NCBI GenBank assembly: GCA_964458635.1
Contig: CAYWJZ010000004.1
Coordinates: forward strand, 1-28,534
Length of the DNA: 28,534 nt
Source of the DNA: an uncultured Atribacterota bacterium
GTDB taxonomy: Bacteria; Atribacterota; Phoenicimicrobiia; Phoenicimicrobiales; Stramentimicrobiaceae
Reading direction: 5' to 3'
Made by a program: the position numbers and the translations under genes. Shown here in pieces: positions 1 through 8,263 of this stretch. The notes under the pieces were generated by a model that searched no databases, was not told the DNA's origin, and saw only the letters and a program-made list of their open reading frames with translations. The stretch's first letter is position 1; every line of letters starts with the position of its first letter.

Positions 1-2
1 TC

Positions 3-257
3 TTTATAGCGATTGATGTAACACCATTTATTGATATAGAAAAATTTAAACAAAATACCGGTAATATTCTGCGGGCATTACGCTCTTCCAAAAAGGCACC
101 GGGAGCTGAGAGAATCTATACTGCCGGGGAAAAAGAATATCTAACCTGGCTGGAGAGAAAAGAAAAAGGTGTCCCTATAAATAGAAAATTACAGGAGCAA
201 CTTTTAATAATTCAAAAGGAGTTGGGTTTGAACCAATATCAATTCCCTTTTGAATAA
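3..257 (+). CDS. 3' end of an Ldh_2 (malate/L-lactate/sulfolactate dehydrogenase-like) family oxidoreductase, truncated by the window edge
   Basis: Not in the ORF track. Manual translation of frame 3 gives FIAIDVTPFIDIEKFKQNTGNILRALRSSKKAPGAERIYTAGEKEYLTWLERKEKGVPINRKLQEQLLIIQKELGLNQYQFPFE*, with TAA at 255-257. The FIAID...F...PG.ERIY..GEKE......G.PI pattern matches the Ldh_2 family C-terminus. Confidence 0.75.
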   Translation, partial: FIAIDVTPFIDIEKFKQNTGNILRALRSSKKAPGAERIYTAGEKEYLTWLERKEKGVPINRKLQEQLLIIQKELGLNQYQFPFE

Positions 258-370
258 AATAATACCAGTAGATTGATCTAATAGTCTAGTCTGTTAAAAG
301 ATTAACCTTGTTACATACTTATATCGGGATAATATTTAGTTGTTTCTAGTACCGCCATTACCAAAATGGG

Positions 371-399
371 TTGACAGTTTTATAGTTAATAGTTAATAT
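371..399 (+). promoter_or_regulatory. Putative sigma70-type promoter for the DUF6391-like/PC4 pair
   Basis: TTGACA (371-376), a 17-nt spacer and TAATAT (394-399), 46 nt upstream of the TTG start at 446. Confidence 0.5.
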
Positions 400-445
400 G
401 GATATGATTTTTAAAACCTGATGAAGAAAGAAGAGTAATTTAGGA

Positions 446-1117
446 TTGATTTTTTTATTATTGCTATATATGTTTTTAATGCCTTTGTTTTTCTTTTTTA
501 TTATTGCCCTTATATTTTTACCTTATGGTTTCACTATATATTCTTTTGTGACACTGGTTACCGTCCCCAAGCAGATATGGAAAATAGCTAAAAGCAAAAA
601 TATAAGGAGAAATCATGCAATTGAACATGCCACTATAAATGTTTTAGAGAGGGTGGCAGGATATCGCTTAAATGTTTCTGGGTTATCCCGAGAAGATGGC
701 TTTTATATTGCCGGGATACAAAATCCGGAAATGGTTGAACAGGCAGCAATTGAGGGATTATTGTTATTAAAACAGGGAAATTGTCAAATGGCCATTCACC
801 GTCGTTGTGGAACTGATGTGGCTATTGCTAATTTTATAGGGGCATTAGCATTTTTAATTTTACTTTTTACTACCGGTATGTTCAGTCTTTTAAATATTAT
901 TATTGCCCTTTTGATTTCTAATTTGCTAAGTCCTTACCTGGGAGAGTATGTGCAGAAATATTTCACTACTTCCTGTGATGTGGGAAAAATGGAGATTTTA
1001 GGACTGGAATATGAATTAGGAAGACAGGAGGCAGCTGGTATGTTATTAAAGTATTTTCCGAGGGGTTATTTTATTAAGACCAGTATACAAGATAGATTTG
1101 AAAGAATAAATGCATAA
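446..1117 (+). CDS. Membrane protein, DUF6391-like
   Basis: N-terminal hydrophobic segment, RRNHAIEHATINVL motif, HRRCGT motif and a central hydrophobic hairpin. TTG start. The family call is from motif recognition only. Confidence 0.6.
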   Translation: MIFLLLLYMFLMPLFFFFIIALIFLPYGFTIYSFVTLVTVPKQIWKIAKSKNIRRNHAIEHATINVLERVAGYRLNVSGLSREDGFYIAGIQNPEMVEQAAIEGLLLLKQGNCQMAIHRRCGTDVAIANFIGALAFLILLFTTGMFSLLNIIIALLISNLLSPYLGEYVQKYFTTSCDVGKMEILGLEYELGRQEAAGMLLKYFPRGYFIKTSIQDRFERINA

Positions 1118-1135
1118 AAGGGAAGGAGAAAACAC

Positions 1136-1354
1136 ATGAGGCAGGTAGATAAATTGGATATTACTGATAATAAAAGGCTAATTTTATCAGTTGGAGAATT
1201 TAGGGGTTCACAGAGGGTTGATCTTAGAACTTATGTGAAACTTAAGGATAAAGATGAATATATCCAGACCAAGAAAGGTATTAATTTTAACGCTGAATGG
1301 GTAGATGATTTTATTAAAATGGTAGAAAAATTAAAAGATGCTAAATTTGAGTAA
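1136..1354 (+). CDS. PC4/YdbC-family single-stranded DNA-binding protein
   Basis: 72 aa with the PC4-type pattern SVGEFRG..RVDLRTY....TKKGINF....VDDF. SD GGAAGGAG precedes the ATG. Confidence 0.75.
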   Translation: MRQVDKLDITDNKRLILSVGEFRGSQRVDLRTYVKLKDKDEYIQTKKGINFNAEWVDDFIKMVEKLKDAKFE

Positions 1355-1367
1355 TTTTCAACTAACC

Positions 1368-2471
1368 CTACTTCACTGTAAATAACCAGGATATTTTTCT
1401 TTTATAATTATTCTCTTGATCCAAAGCTGTAATTTGAGCGATCCACGATCTCTTTTGAAGCAATTTGGGTGCGATCGGGGTAAAAGATATTTCCTGTAAT
1501 TCACTTGTGTAATTATAATCCAACAACCCGGATCCGCTCAATCTAAAATGTAAGGTACTGGCTTTAATATGAGGATCATTTAATATTGCGCCGACCTTTA
1601 TTTTCTGGTTATTGGTTACCGCGCCATCAGGGGGGAAGACTTTCTTCACTTGTAAGGTTTTTTCATGGAGAAATGCCTCAAATTGCTTTATTGAACATGC
1701 AGCCGGAATAATCTGACGATTAAGGGAATGAGCATCAATCGGAGTAGTGTTATTCATATTGTTGACATTAAGCTGGGCTTGATAACCCGCTTGTTTTGCC
1801 AACATTCTAATTTGTTCACTGTAAACACCATAAGGATAGGCAAAAGAAATAACCGAACTATTGGTGTTTTTTTCTAAAATTGTCCTGGAGAGAAATATTT
1901 CATCTTTAATTCTTCTCAAATAATCTGTCTGTGATTCATTATTTTTCATATGAAGTAAATTGCAATGAGTAATACTATGAGAACCTATTTCCATGCCCTG
2001 GTCTATCATCTCCCTGATTTCCTGCCAGGATAATTGATTGGGACCATCAGCGATAAAATTGGTATATAAAAAAAGGGTGGCAGGGAATTCAAATTTTTTT
2101 AATACCGGATAGGCAAGTTTGTATACAGAGCTAAATCCGTCATCAATAGTAATTACAACAGGTTTTTCGGGGAAATTATTGTTTTCTATACACTCTACTA
2201 ATTGGGAAACAGAAATAACCTGGTATTTGTTTTCCTCAAGATAAGCCATTTGTTGCTCAAATCGGGAAATGTTTATAGTATAACTATCAGGGCTATCTCC
2301 AATGCAGAATTTGTGATAGGTAAGTATGGGAATAGTTAACTCAGGCATATTGATTGGTCTGATTCTGTTTTCCGCCTTTAATGCCGGGGAAGAGCCCATT
2401 AATAAAATTAAAAAAAACAATAGAAAGGTAACTATTTTGTTTATTTTTTTACTATTATAGAATATAATCAA
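1368..2471 (-). CDS. Secreted polysaccharide deacetylase (NodB/CE4 family) with an extra C-terminal domain
   Basis: Signal-peptide-like N-terminus, IPILTYH, TIDDG (motif 1), GSHSITH (motif 2), FAYPYG (motif 3), then about 100 further residues. Confidence 0.85.
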   Translation of the reverse strand: MIIFYNSKKINKIVTFLLFFLILLMGSSPALKAENRIRPINMPELTIPILTYHKFCIGDSPDSYTINISRFEQQMAYLEENKYQVISVSQLVECIENNNFPEKPVVITIDDGFSSVYKLAYPVLKKFEFPATLFLYTNFIADGPNQLSWQEIREMIDQGMEIGSHSITHCNLLHMKNNESQTDYLRRIKDEIFLSRTILEKNTNSSVISFAYPYGVYSEQIRMLAKQAGYQAQLNVNNMNNTTPIDAHSLNRQIIPAACSIKQFEAFLHEKTLQVKKVFPPDGAVTNNQKIKVGAILNDPHIKASTLHFRLSGSGLLDYNYTSELQEISFTPIAPKLLQKRSWIAQITALDQENNYKRKISWLFTVK

Positions 2472-2594
2472 CTATATTTTCCTGTTATTTCAAAAAATTA
2501 GAAATTTTTAGCAAGTATTATTTAATATATTATATTATAATAAAAAATATACCTGATTGCCACAACTTTAATTTTATAATTCAGCTAGAAGTTT

Positions 2595-2649
2595 TTTTAT
2601 TTAACCATGAAAAACCACCTTCTAAGAAGTTGTTCATGGTTAAATAAAA
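2595..2649. repeat. Long palindrome, dispersed family A, copy 1
   Basis: Perfect 17-bp inverted repeat TTTTATTTAACCATGAA (2595-2611) / TTCATGGTTAAATAAAA (2633-2649) around ACCACCTTCTAAGAAGTTG. Related to 23851-23899. Confidence 0.85.
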
Positions 2650-2719
2650 GGTTTTACCATAAAGATATCAAGATAAGCCTATGATCATTTTTCATCTGAA
2701 GCCCAAAGGGTGCTCTTGC

Positions 2720-2751
2720 TTGAAAATATTCAGTGTGGGTGTGATGTTTAC
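2720..2751 (+). repeat. Degenerate copy of dispersed family B
   Basis: GGGTGTGATGTTT at 2737-2749 is identical to 23984-23996. The upstream TTGAA...ATTC aligns loosely with TTAAAGCCATTC. Confidence 0.55.
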
Positions 2752-2812
2752 TAATGTGTAGAATAGGAAATAAAAATACATAAATAATAAAATTTATAAA
2801 AGGAGAATAAAT

Positions 2813-3295
2813 ATGGAAATTAAAACAATAAAACTGAATTTTCCTGAAGAAACAAATGTTATTCTGGGACAAGCCCATTTTATCAAAACTGCCGAAGATC
2901 TTTATGAGATTCTGGTTTCGTCTGTACCCGGGATAAAATTTGGATTAGCCTTTAATGAAGCATCCGGTCCCTGTCTGGTGAGGACTGAGGGAAATGACAA
3001 TAAATTGGAATCTTTGGCTATTTCCAATATAAAGGAAATCGGGGCAGGTCATGCCTTTATTGTAATTATAAAAGATGCTTTCCCCATTAATGCCTTAAAT
3101 GCAATCAAACAATGTCCTGAAGTTTGTAGTATCTTCTGTGCAACAGCAAATCCGGTAGAAGTAATTGTAGCCGAAACAGAACAGGGTAGGGGTATTATAG
3201 GAGTAGTGGATGGCTTTATACCGAAAGGCGTAGAAAAAGATGAGGATATTGAAAAACGAAGAAAATTTTTAAGAACCATTAATTATAAGTTGTAA
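2813..3295 (+). CDS. Adenosine-specific kinase family protein (DUF355-like)
   Basis: Motifs [45 protein letters not shown] and a C-terminal R...LR.I.YKL. SD AAGGAG. Confidence 0.85.
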   Translation: MEIKTIKLNFPEETNVILGQAHFIKTAEDLYEILVSSVPGIKFGLAFNEASGPCLVRTEGNDNKLESLAISNIKEIGAGHAFIVIIKDAFPINALNAIKQCPEVCSIFCATANPVEVIVAETEQGRGIIGVVDGFIPKGVEKDEDIEKRRKFLRTINYKL

Positions 3296-3335
3296 TCGAT
3301 TTTGCCAGAGTAAGTATATTATAGGAAGGTTTCTA

Positions 3336-4079
3336 TTGATCCAGGTAAAAAATCTAACCAAAGTTTTTTATGATAAAAAAAGAGGCATGGTTACTGCGGT
3401 AAATGATATTGATTTTCACTGCCAAAAAGGGCAAATTTTTGGTTTGTTAGGACCTAACGGAGCCGGGAAAACAACCACGCTTCGCATTTTGGCAACTATG
3501 ATGGCTCCTACCACAGGGAAAATCCTGGTTAACGGACATAATGTAGTTAAGGAAGCGCACAAAGTCAGAAGAAGTATTGGTTTTCTTTCAGGGGAAACAG
3601 GATTATACGATCGATTTACTCCTCGAGAAACTGTCAATTTTTTTGGTAAAATAAATGGCTTAACCAAACAGGAAATTAACGAAAGAATGACTCAGATATT
3701 TCACATTCTGGGTATGACTCACTTCCAGGATGTCAGGGTTGATAAGCTTTCAACCGGAATGAAACAGAAATTATCAATTGCCCGGGCTATTATTCATGAT
3801 CCGCCGGTGCTAATCCTTGATGAGCCCACGGTGGGACTGGATGTGATTACTGCAAGAGTGGTTATAGAGTATATCAAAGAATTCAGAAAACAGGAAAAAT
3901 GCATTATTTTTTCAACACATCAAATGCATGAGGCAGAGAAACTGTGTGATAAAATTGCTATTATCCATTTAGGGAGATTACTTTCGATTGGTACAATGGA
4001 AGACTTAAAAAAATGTTTCCCTGTAGGAGACCTGGAAGAAATATTTTTTAAGCTTATTGAAAAAGAAGGCAGTATATGA
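3336..4079 (+). CDS. natA: ABC transporter ATP-binding subunit, NatA-like (sodium extrusion family)
   Basis: Walker A GPNGAGKTT, signature LSTGMKQK, Walker B LILDEPT, H-loop STH. The AVNDIDF..GQIFGLL N-terminus and the adjacent NatB-like permease support the call. Confidence 0.75.
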   Translation: MIQVKNLTKVFYDKKRGMVTAVNDIDFHCQKGQIFGLLGPNGAGKTTTLRILATMMAPTTGKILVNGHNVVKEAHKVRRSIGFLSGETGLYDRFTPRETVNFFGKINGLTKQEINERMTQIFHILGMTHFQDVRVDKLSTGMKQKLSIARAIIHDPPVLILDEPTVGLDVITARVVIEYIKEFRKQEKCIIFSTHQMHEAEKLCDKIAIIHLGRLLSIGTMEDLKKCFPVGDLEEIFFKLIEKEGSI

Positions 4080-5266
4080 ATTGGAAAAATACTTGCTTAA
4101 TCTATAAAAAAGAAACTTTGGGTGCAATTCGTGACCGCAGAACACTTATAAGCATGATTATCATTCCACTCATTTTTTATCCTCTTCTCTTCTTAGGGAT
4201 TGGCTATTTTGCATTAATGGGGCAGGAAAAATCGGAATCCTTTCCTTCTGTGGTTGCCGTAAAAGGAACAGAGAATGCTCCAGGGCTAATAGAGATATTG
4301 GCACAAGATGAGCAGATAAATCTGACAAATTTCAATACTGATTCAGATAAATCTCTGCAAACAGGAGAAATTTATTTACTGATAGAAATTCCGGAAAGCT
4401 TTCATCTGGATGATGAAGAGAATACTCGTAGTATTATTATCCAATATGATTCTACCATACAACGTTCGGAGATAGCCAGACAAAGAGTGACCGGATTAAT
4501 CGAAAATTACAGGCAGCAAATTATCCGGGAAAGATTAGAGAAATTTGGCCTAAACACAGATTATATCCAACCGATTCAGGAGCAATGGCTTGACATTGCC
4601 CCGGAGGAAAGAAAAATTGGGTCCATTCTGAGCATGATTTTACCCTATATTATTATTGTCCTTATTTTTATCGGAGCCATGCATTCTGCCGTAGATATTA
4701 CAGCCGGCGAAAAAGAGAGAGGGACTCTGGCAACCTTACTGGTCAGCCAGCTTAGCAGAATAGAGATCGTAACAGGAAAATATCTCACCGTTATGACTAT
4801 TTCGGCAACAAGTATGATTCTTGGCCTGATGGGGCTCAGTGTAGCTTTTCTTATCCCGGCCTATGCTTTAGGTGAATTATCATTAATAAAGGTACATTTT
4901 ACCTTACCTTTATTCCTTATGTTTTTTTTAGTTTTGGCACCGTTAGTAGGGTTGGCAAGTGCGATATTATTGTTAATCGGGATATTTGCCCGAAACAACA
5001 AAGAAGCTTCTACCTATATTACACCAATTTATATGGCAGCCATTTTTTTAGGTATGATTTCTTTAAGTCAGGGAATGGAATTAGCTGAACCGATGTTTTT
5101 TATTCCAATTTTAAATAGTAGCTTTACTTTTAAGGAATTGTTAATGGGAACCGTTCACTGGGGGCATATTTTAAGTACGCTTATCAGTAATATTGCTGTA
5201 ACAATAATTGCTTTATTGGCAGCAGCTAAATTGTTTACCAAGGAAAGTGTTCTTTTCCGCAGTTAG
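4076..5266 (+). CDS. natB: ABC transporter permease, NatB-like
   Basis: KKE...IRDRRTL N-terminus, one TM helix, a large extracytoplasmic loop, the AGEKERGTLATLL motif and 5 further TM helices. ATGA overlap with the upstream gene. Confidence 0.75.
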   Translation: MNWKNTCLIYKKETLGAIRDRRTLISMIIIPLIFYPLLFLGIGYFALMGQEKSESFPSVVAVKGTENAPGLIEILAQDEQINLTNFNTDSDKSLQTGEIYLLIEIPESFHLDDEENTRSIIIQYDSTIQRSEIARQRVTGLIENYRQQIIRERLEKFGLNTDYIQPIQEQWLDIAPEERKIGSILSMILPYIIIVLIFIGAMHSAVDITAGEKERGTLATLLVSQLSRIEIVTGKYLTVMTISATSMILGLMGLSVAFLIPAYALGELSLIKVHFTLPLFLMFFLVLAPLVGLASAILLLIGIFARNNKEASTYITPIYMAAIFLGMISLSQGMELAEPMFFIPILNSSFTFKELLMGTVHWGHILSTLISNIAVTIIALLAAAKLFTKESVLFRS

Positions 5267-5378
5267 AGAAAATATTTAAGCAATAAAGCAAATAAGCCGG
5301 TTTTCTGGCAAAATATGTAAATCTTAGATTGCATAAGTTATTTAAATTCAATATCCTGATAGAAGGAATTTTAAATAT

Positions 5379-6644
5379 ATGGTGATATCTTTAACGGAAA
5401 AAAATAGTTTTGATGTAGCAGTAATAGGAGGAGGGCCTGCCGGAATGATGGCAGCCGGCCGTGCTGCCCGGATGGGGAGCAAAGTTGTTTTGATTGAGAA
5501 AAATGACTATCTGGGGAAAAAGCTATTAATTACCGGTAAAGGCCGTTGTAATTTTACCCATTATGAGTTTGACAGAAGCAAAATTACTGAAAAATTTGGT
5601 AAAAAAGGTCGCTTTTTATACGGAGCCTTAGAACATTTTGGTGTTTCGGATGTACTGAAATTTTTTCAATCCCGCGGATTGAGATGGAAAGTTGAACGCG
5701 GTAATCGGGTTTTTCCGGATGGGGCAGATGCCAGGGATATCCTGAAAATACTAATTGAATATCTCGAAGAAGGAAAAGTGAGCATATATTGTAATTCCAA
5801 AGTTATTGACATAAACAGGCAGAATAATCTGGGAAAAATTGAGATAATACTTACGGAGCAGAAAATATTTTCTAAGAAAATTATTTTATGCACTGGAGGA
5901 AAATCATATCCACAAACCGGCTCAACAGGTGATGGCTACATCTGGGCAAAAAAAATGGGACATACCATTATTCCACCTTTGCCGGCATTGAATCCGATTA
6001 AGACTTGCGAAACATGGGTTCGGGAATTACAGGGTTTGACCTTAAAAAATGTCTTACTACAGTTATATCAAAATGGCAAAAAAAAAGATGAACGTTTTGG
6101 TGAAATGCTTTTTACTCACTTTGGGATTAGTGGTCCCATTGTGATGGATATGAGCAAACATGTTGGTTGCCTGTTAAAAAAGGGGAATGTAAAATTCTGG
6201 TTGGATTTAAAGCCTGCCCTGGATTTTAAGAAGTTGGATGATAGAATCCAGCGTGATTTTCGGGAGTTCAAAGGAAAGATTTTCAAAAATTCTTTAAAAA
6301 AATTACTTCCCAGCTCTTTAATAGGAGTAATTATTAAACTATCCGGAATAAATAGCGAGAAAAAAGTTGATTATATCTCTAAAGAGGAAAGAAATCGCTT
6401 GGTCCATCTTTTTAAGGAACTTGAATTAACACCGACCGAATTACTGGGATATCAATGGTCTGTAGTTACCTCTGGGGGGATAGCTTTAAAAGAAGTTAAC
6501 CCTGATACAATGGCTTCAAAAAAGCTGAGCAATGTCTATTTTGCCGGGGAAATATTAGATTTAGACGGACCCTCAGGCGGCTATAACCTGCAGATATGCT
6601 GGAGTACCGGCTATCTTGCCGGAGAAAATGCAGCAAACTGCTAA
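5379..6644 (+). CDS. NAD(P)/FAD-dependent oxidoreductase, HI0933/YhiN family
   Basis: VIGGGPAGMMAA, GKKLLITGKGRCN, TGGKSYPQTGSTGDGY, GEMLFTHFGISGP, VTSGG, YFAGEILDLDGPSGGYNLQ. Confidence 0.9.
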   Translation: MVISLTEKNSFDVAVIGGGPAGMMAAGRAARMGSKVVLIEKNDYLGKKLLITGKGRCNFTHYEFDRSKITEKFGKKGRFLYGALEHFGVSDVLKFFQSRGLRWKVERGNRVFPDGADARDILKILIEYLEEGKVSIYCNSKVIDINRQNNLGKIEIILTEQKIFSKKIILCTGGKSYPQTGSTGDGYIWAKKMGHTIIPPLPALNPIKTCETWVRELQGLTLKNVLLQLYQNGKKKDERFGEMLFTHFGISGPIVMDMSKHVGCLLKKGNVKFWLDLKPALDFKKLDDRIQRDFREFKGKIFKNSLKKLLPSSLIGVIIKLSGINSEKKVDYISKEERNRLVHLFKELELTPTELLGYQWSVVTSGGIALKEVNPDTMASKKLSNVYFAGEILDLDGPSGGYNLQICWSTGYLAGENAANC

Positions 6645-6777
6645 TATTAAGTTATTTATAAATTATTTTATATTTTTAATTTTTTTGATAAGATAACAAT
6701 AAATTTCTGTTGTTAGTATTAGGAATAAAATATAAGTCAAGATTAAGATTTTAAATTAATGAAAAAAGAGGTGTTTC

Positions 6778-7392
6778 ATGGCAGAAAAGAGTGAGCATTT
6801 ACCTACTATAAAGTTAAAGCGTTATCTTTTTTTCTTCTTAGTATTTATAGTTTATTTGATACCTATTATTGTTGTATTTATAAATGGATATGAAAGTTTA
6901 CTGCAATTATTGCCCCGCATAGCTGCATTAACCGGGATTTCTTCCCTTTTTGTAGCGATTTTGCTGAGTTTACTGGTCAGACAAAGCAGGCAAATCTTTG
7001 GTGTAGGTTATCTTAAAATCCATCATTATTTTTCAATTATTGGCTTGGTCTTAATTACTTCACACCCTGTTATTATGGCAATAGACTTTGGTACTACCAG
7101 TCTCTTTATTCCTGACTTCAGTTCCTGGAATTCATTTCTGGCTAATGCAGGTCGACCAGCATTGTACTTGATATATGTAGCCGCAATTGCCGCTTTATTG
7201 CGAAGAAATATTGCAAAATACTGGAGATATTTGCATGGTTTGCTCTATCCTGCTTTTATTTTTGGGGCTATCCATGGTATGCTTTCAGGAAGTGATATGA
7301 AAAATGATATTCTCTATATATTTTTTATTGGCCTGATAATTGCGGTTACGATTGCTTTTTTCTTTAAAAGATATTTAAATTTTAAAAAATAA
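6778..7392 (+). CDS. Stand-alone ferric reductase-like transmembrane (heme b) protein
   Basis: About 6 TM helices with paired His residues in helices (IHH...SHP; WRYLH.L.Y...HG), typical of the ferric reductase/MsrQ membrane domain. No FAD/NAD-binding domain follows. Confidence 0.7.
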   Translation: MAEKSEHLPTIKLKRYLFFFLVFIVYLIPIIVVFINGYESLLQLLPRIAALTGISSLFVAILLSLLVRQSRQIFGVGYLKIHHYFSIIGLVLITSHPVIMAIDFGTTSLFIPDFSSWNSFLANAGRPALYLIYVAAIAALLRRNIAKYWRYLHGLLYPAFIFGAIHGMLSGSDMKNDILYIFFIGLIIAVTIAFFFKRYLNFKK

Positions 7393-7460
7393 ACATAAAG
7401 GACAGTGTAAACCGACAAAAAAGAAACTGAAATTCTTTGTGTTAATAAAAAGGATGAACA

Positions 7461-8144
7461 ATGCTAACCTTTAACCCAATCTATTTTCTCTTGATTGTTC
7501 CGGCCTTATTGGGATGGTTTGCCCAGTGGCGTGTTCGACAAATTTATTCTAAGTATCTAAAAATACCGAATAAAAAGAAGATAAAGGGCACTGAAGTTGC
7601 TGAAGCTTTTTTTTCTCACCATGGTTTGAATATACCAGTATTGCAGACCAAGAAATTCATGGTTAACTATTATAACCCTCAAAGCAAAACATTGCATTTA
7701 TGTGAACAAGTTGCTGAACATTTTTCAATTACTTCAATGGGTATTGTTGCCCATGAAGTAGAACATGCAGCCCAGGACCATCAGGGTTGTCGGTTTATGG
7801 TCTTAAGAAATAAGATGGCAAGGTCGTTAGCCGTAATGGGTCAATTCAGTCCTTTGCTGTTTATGTGGGGAATATTTTTCAGAAATGCAATTTTTATTTA
7901 TTTAGGTGTCATACTATTATTTGGCATGACTGCTTTTGCACTGATATCTTTGCCCGTGGAATTAAATGCCAGTAACAGAGCAATGAAAACATTAAAAAAG
8001 ATGGAAATTGCTGATCAGGAAGAAATTGAAATGGTCTCTGTGGTTTTGCGTAATGCTGCTCTGACCTATTTTGCCGGAGCAGCGCAGAGGGTCGGGACTT
8101 TTCTGTTTATTGTAATGATATTTTTCATGTCCTATCAGAGGTAA
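7461..8144 (+). CDS. YugP-like membrane zinc metallopeptidase
   Basis: AQWRV...YSKY, NYYNP, VAHEVEHAAQ (HExxH), LPVELNASNRA, LRNAALTY. Confidence 0.8.
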   Translation: MLTFNPIYFLLIVPALLGWFAQWRVRQIYSKYLKIPNKKKIKGTEVAEAFFSHHGLNIPVLQTKKFMVNYYNPQSKTLHLCEQVAEHFSITSMGIVAHEVEHAAQDHQGCRFMVLRNKMARSLAVMGQFSPLLFMWGIFFRNAIFIYLGVILLFGMTAFALISLPVELNASNRAMKTLKKMEIADQEEIEMVSVVLRNAALTYFAGAAQRVGTFLFIVMIFFMSYQR

Positions 8145-8242
8145 TTGGCAATAATTATACTGTCTGTAGTAAAATATATAAGAAAGCCTGTAAATATGTT
8201 CCAACGAAGAATATAATTATTTGTATGCTAAAAAGAAAAGAA

Positions 8243-8262
8243 ATTTACTTGATTAAGTAAAT
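8243..8262. promoter_or_regulatory. Inverted repeat, possible operator upstream of nrdJ
   Basis: ATTTACTT (8243-8250), GATT, AAGTAAAT (8255-8262). The context is AT-rich, so the support is weak. Confidence 0.3.
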
Positions 8263-8263
8263 A

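Noticed and set aside
2654-2878. 74-aa ORF on the minus strand
   Set aside because: It overlaps the start of the adenosine kinase gene and a repeat-containing intergenic region, has low-complexity AT-driven composition and shows no family motif.
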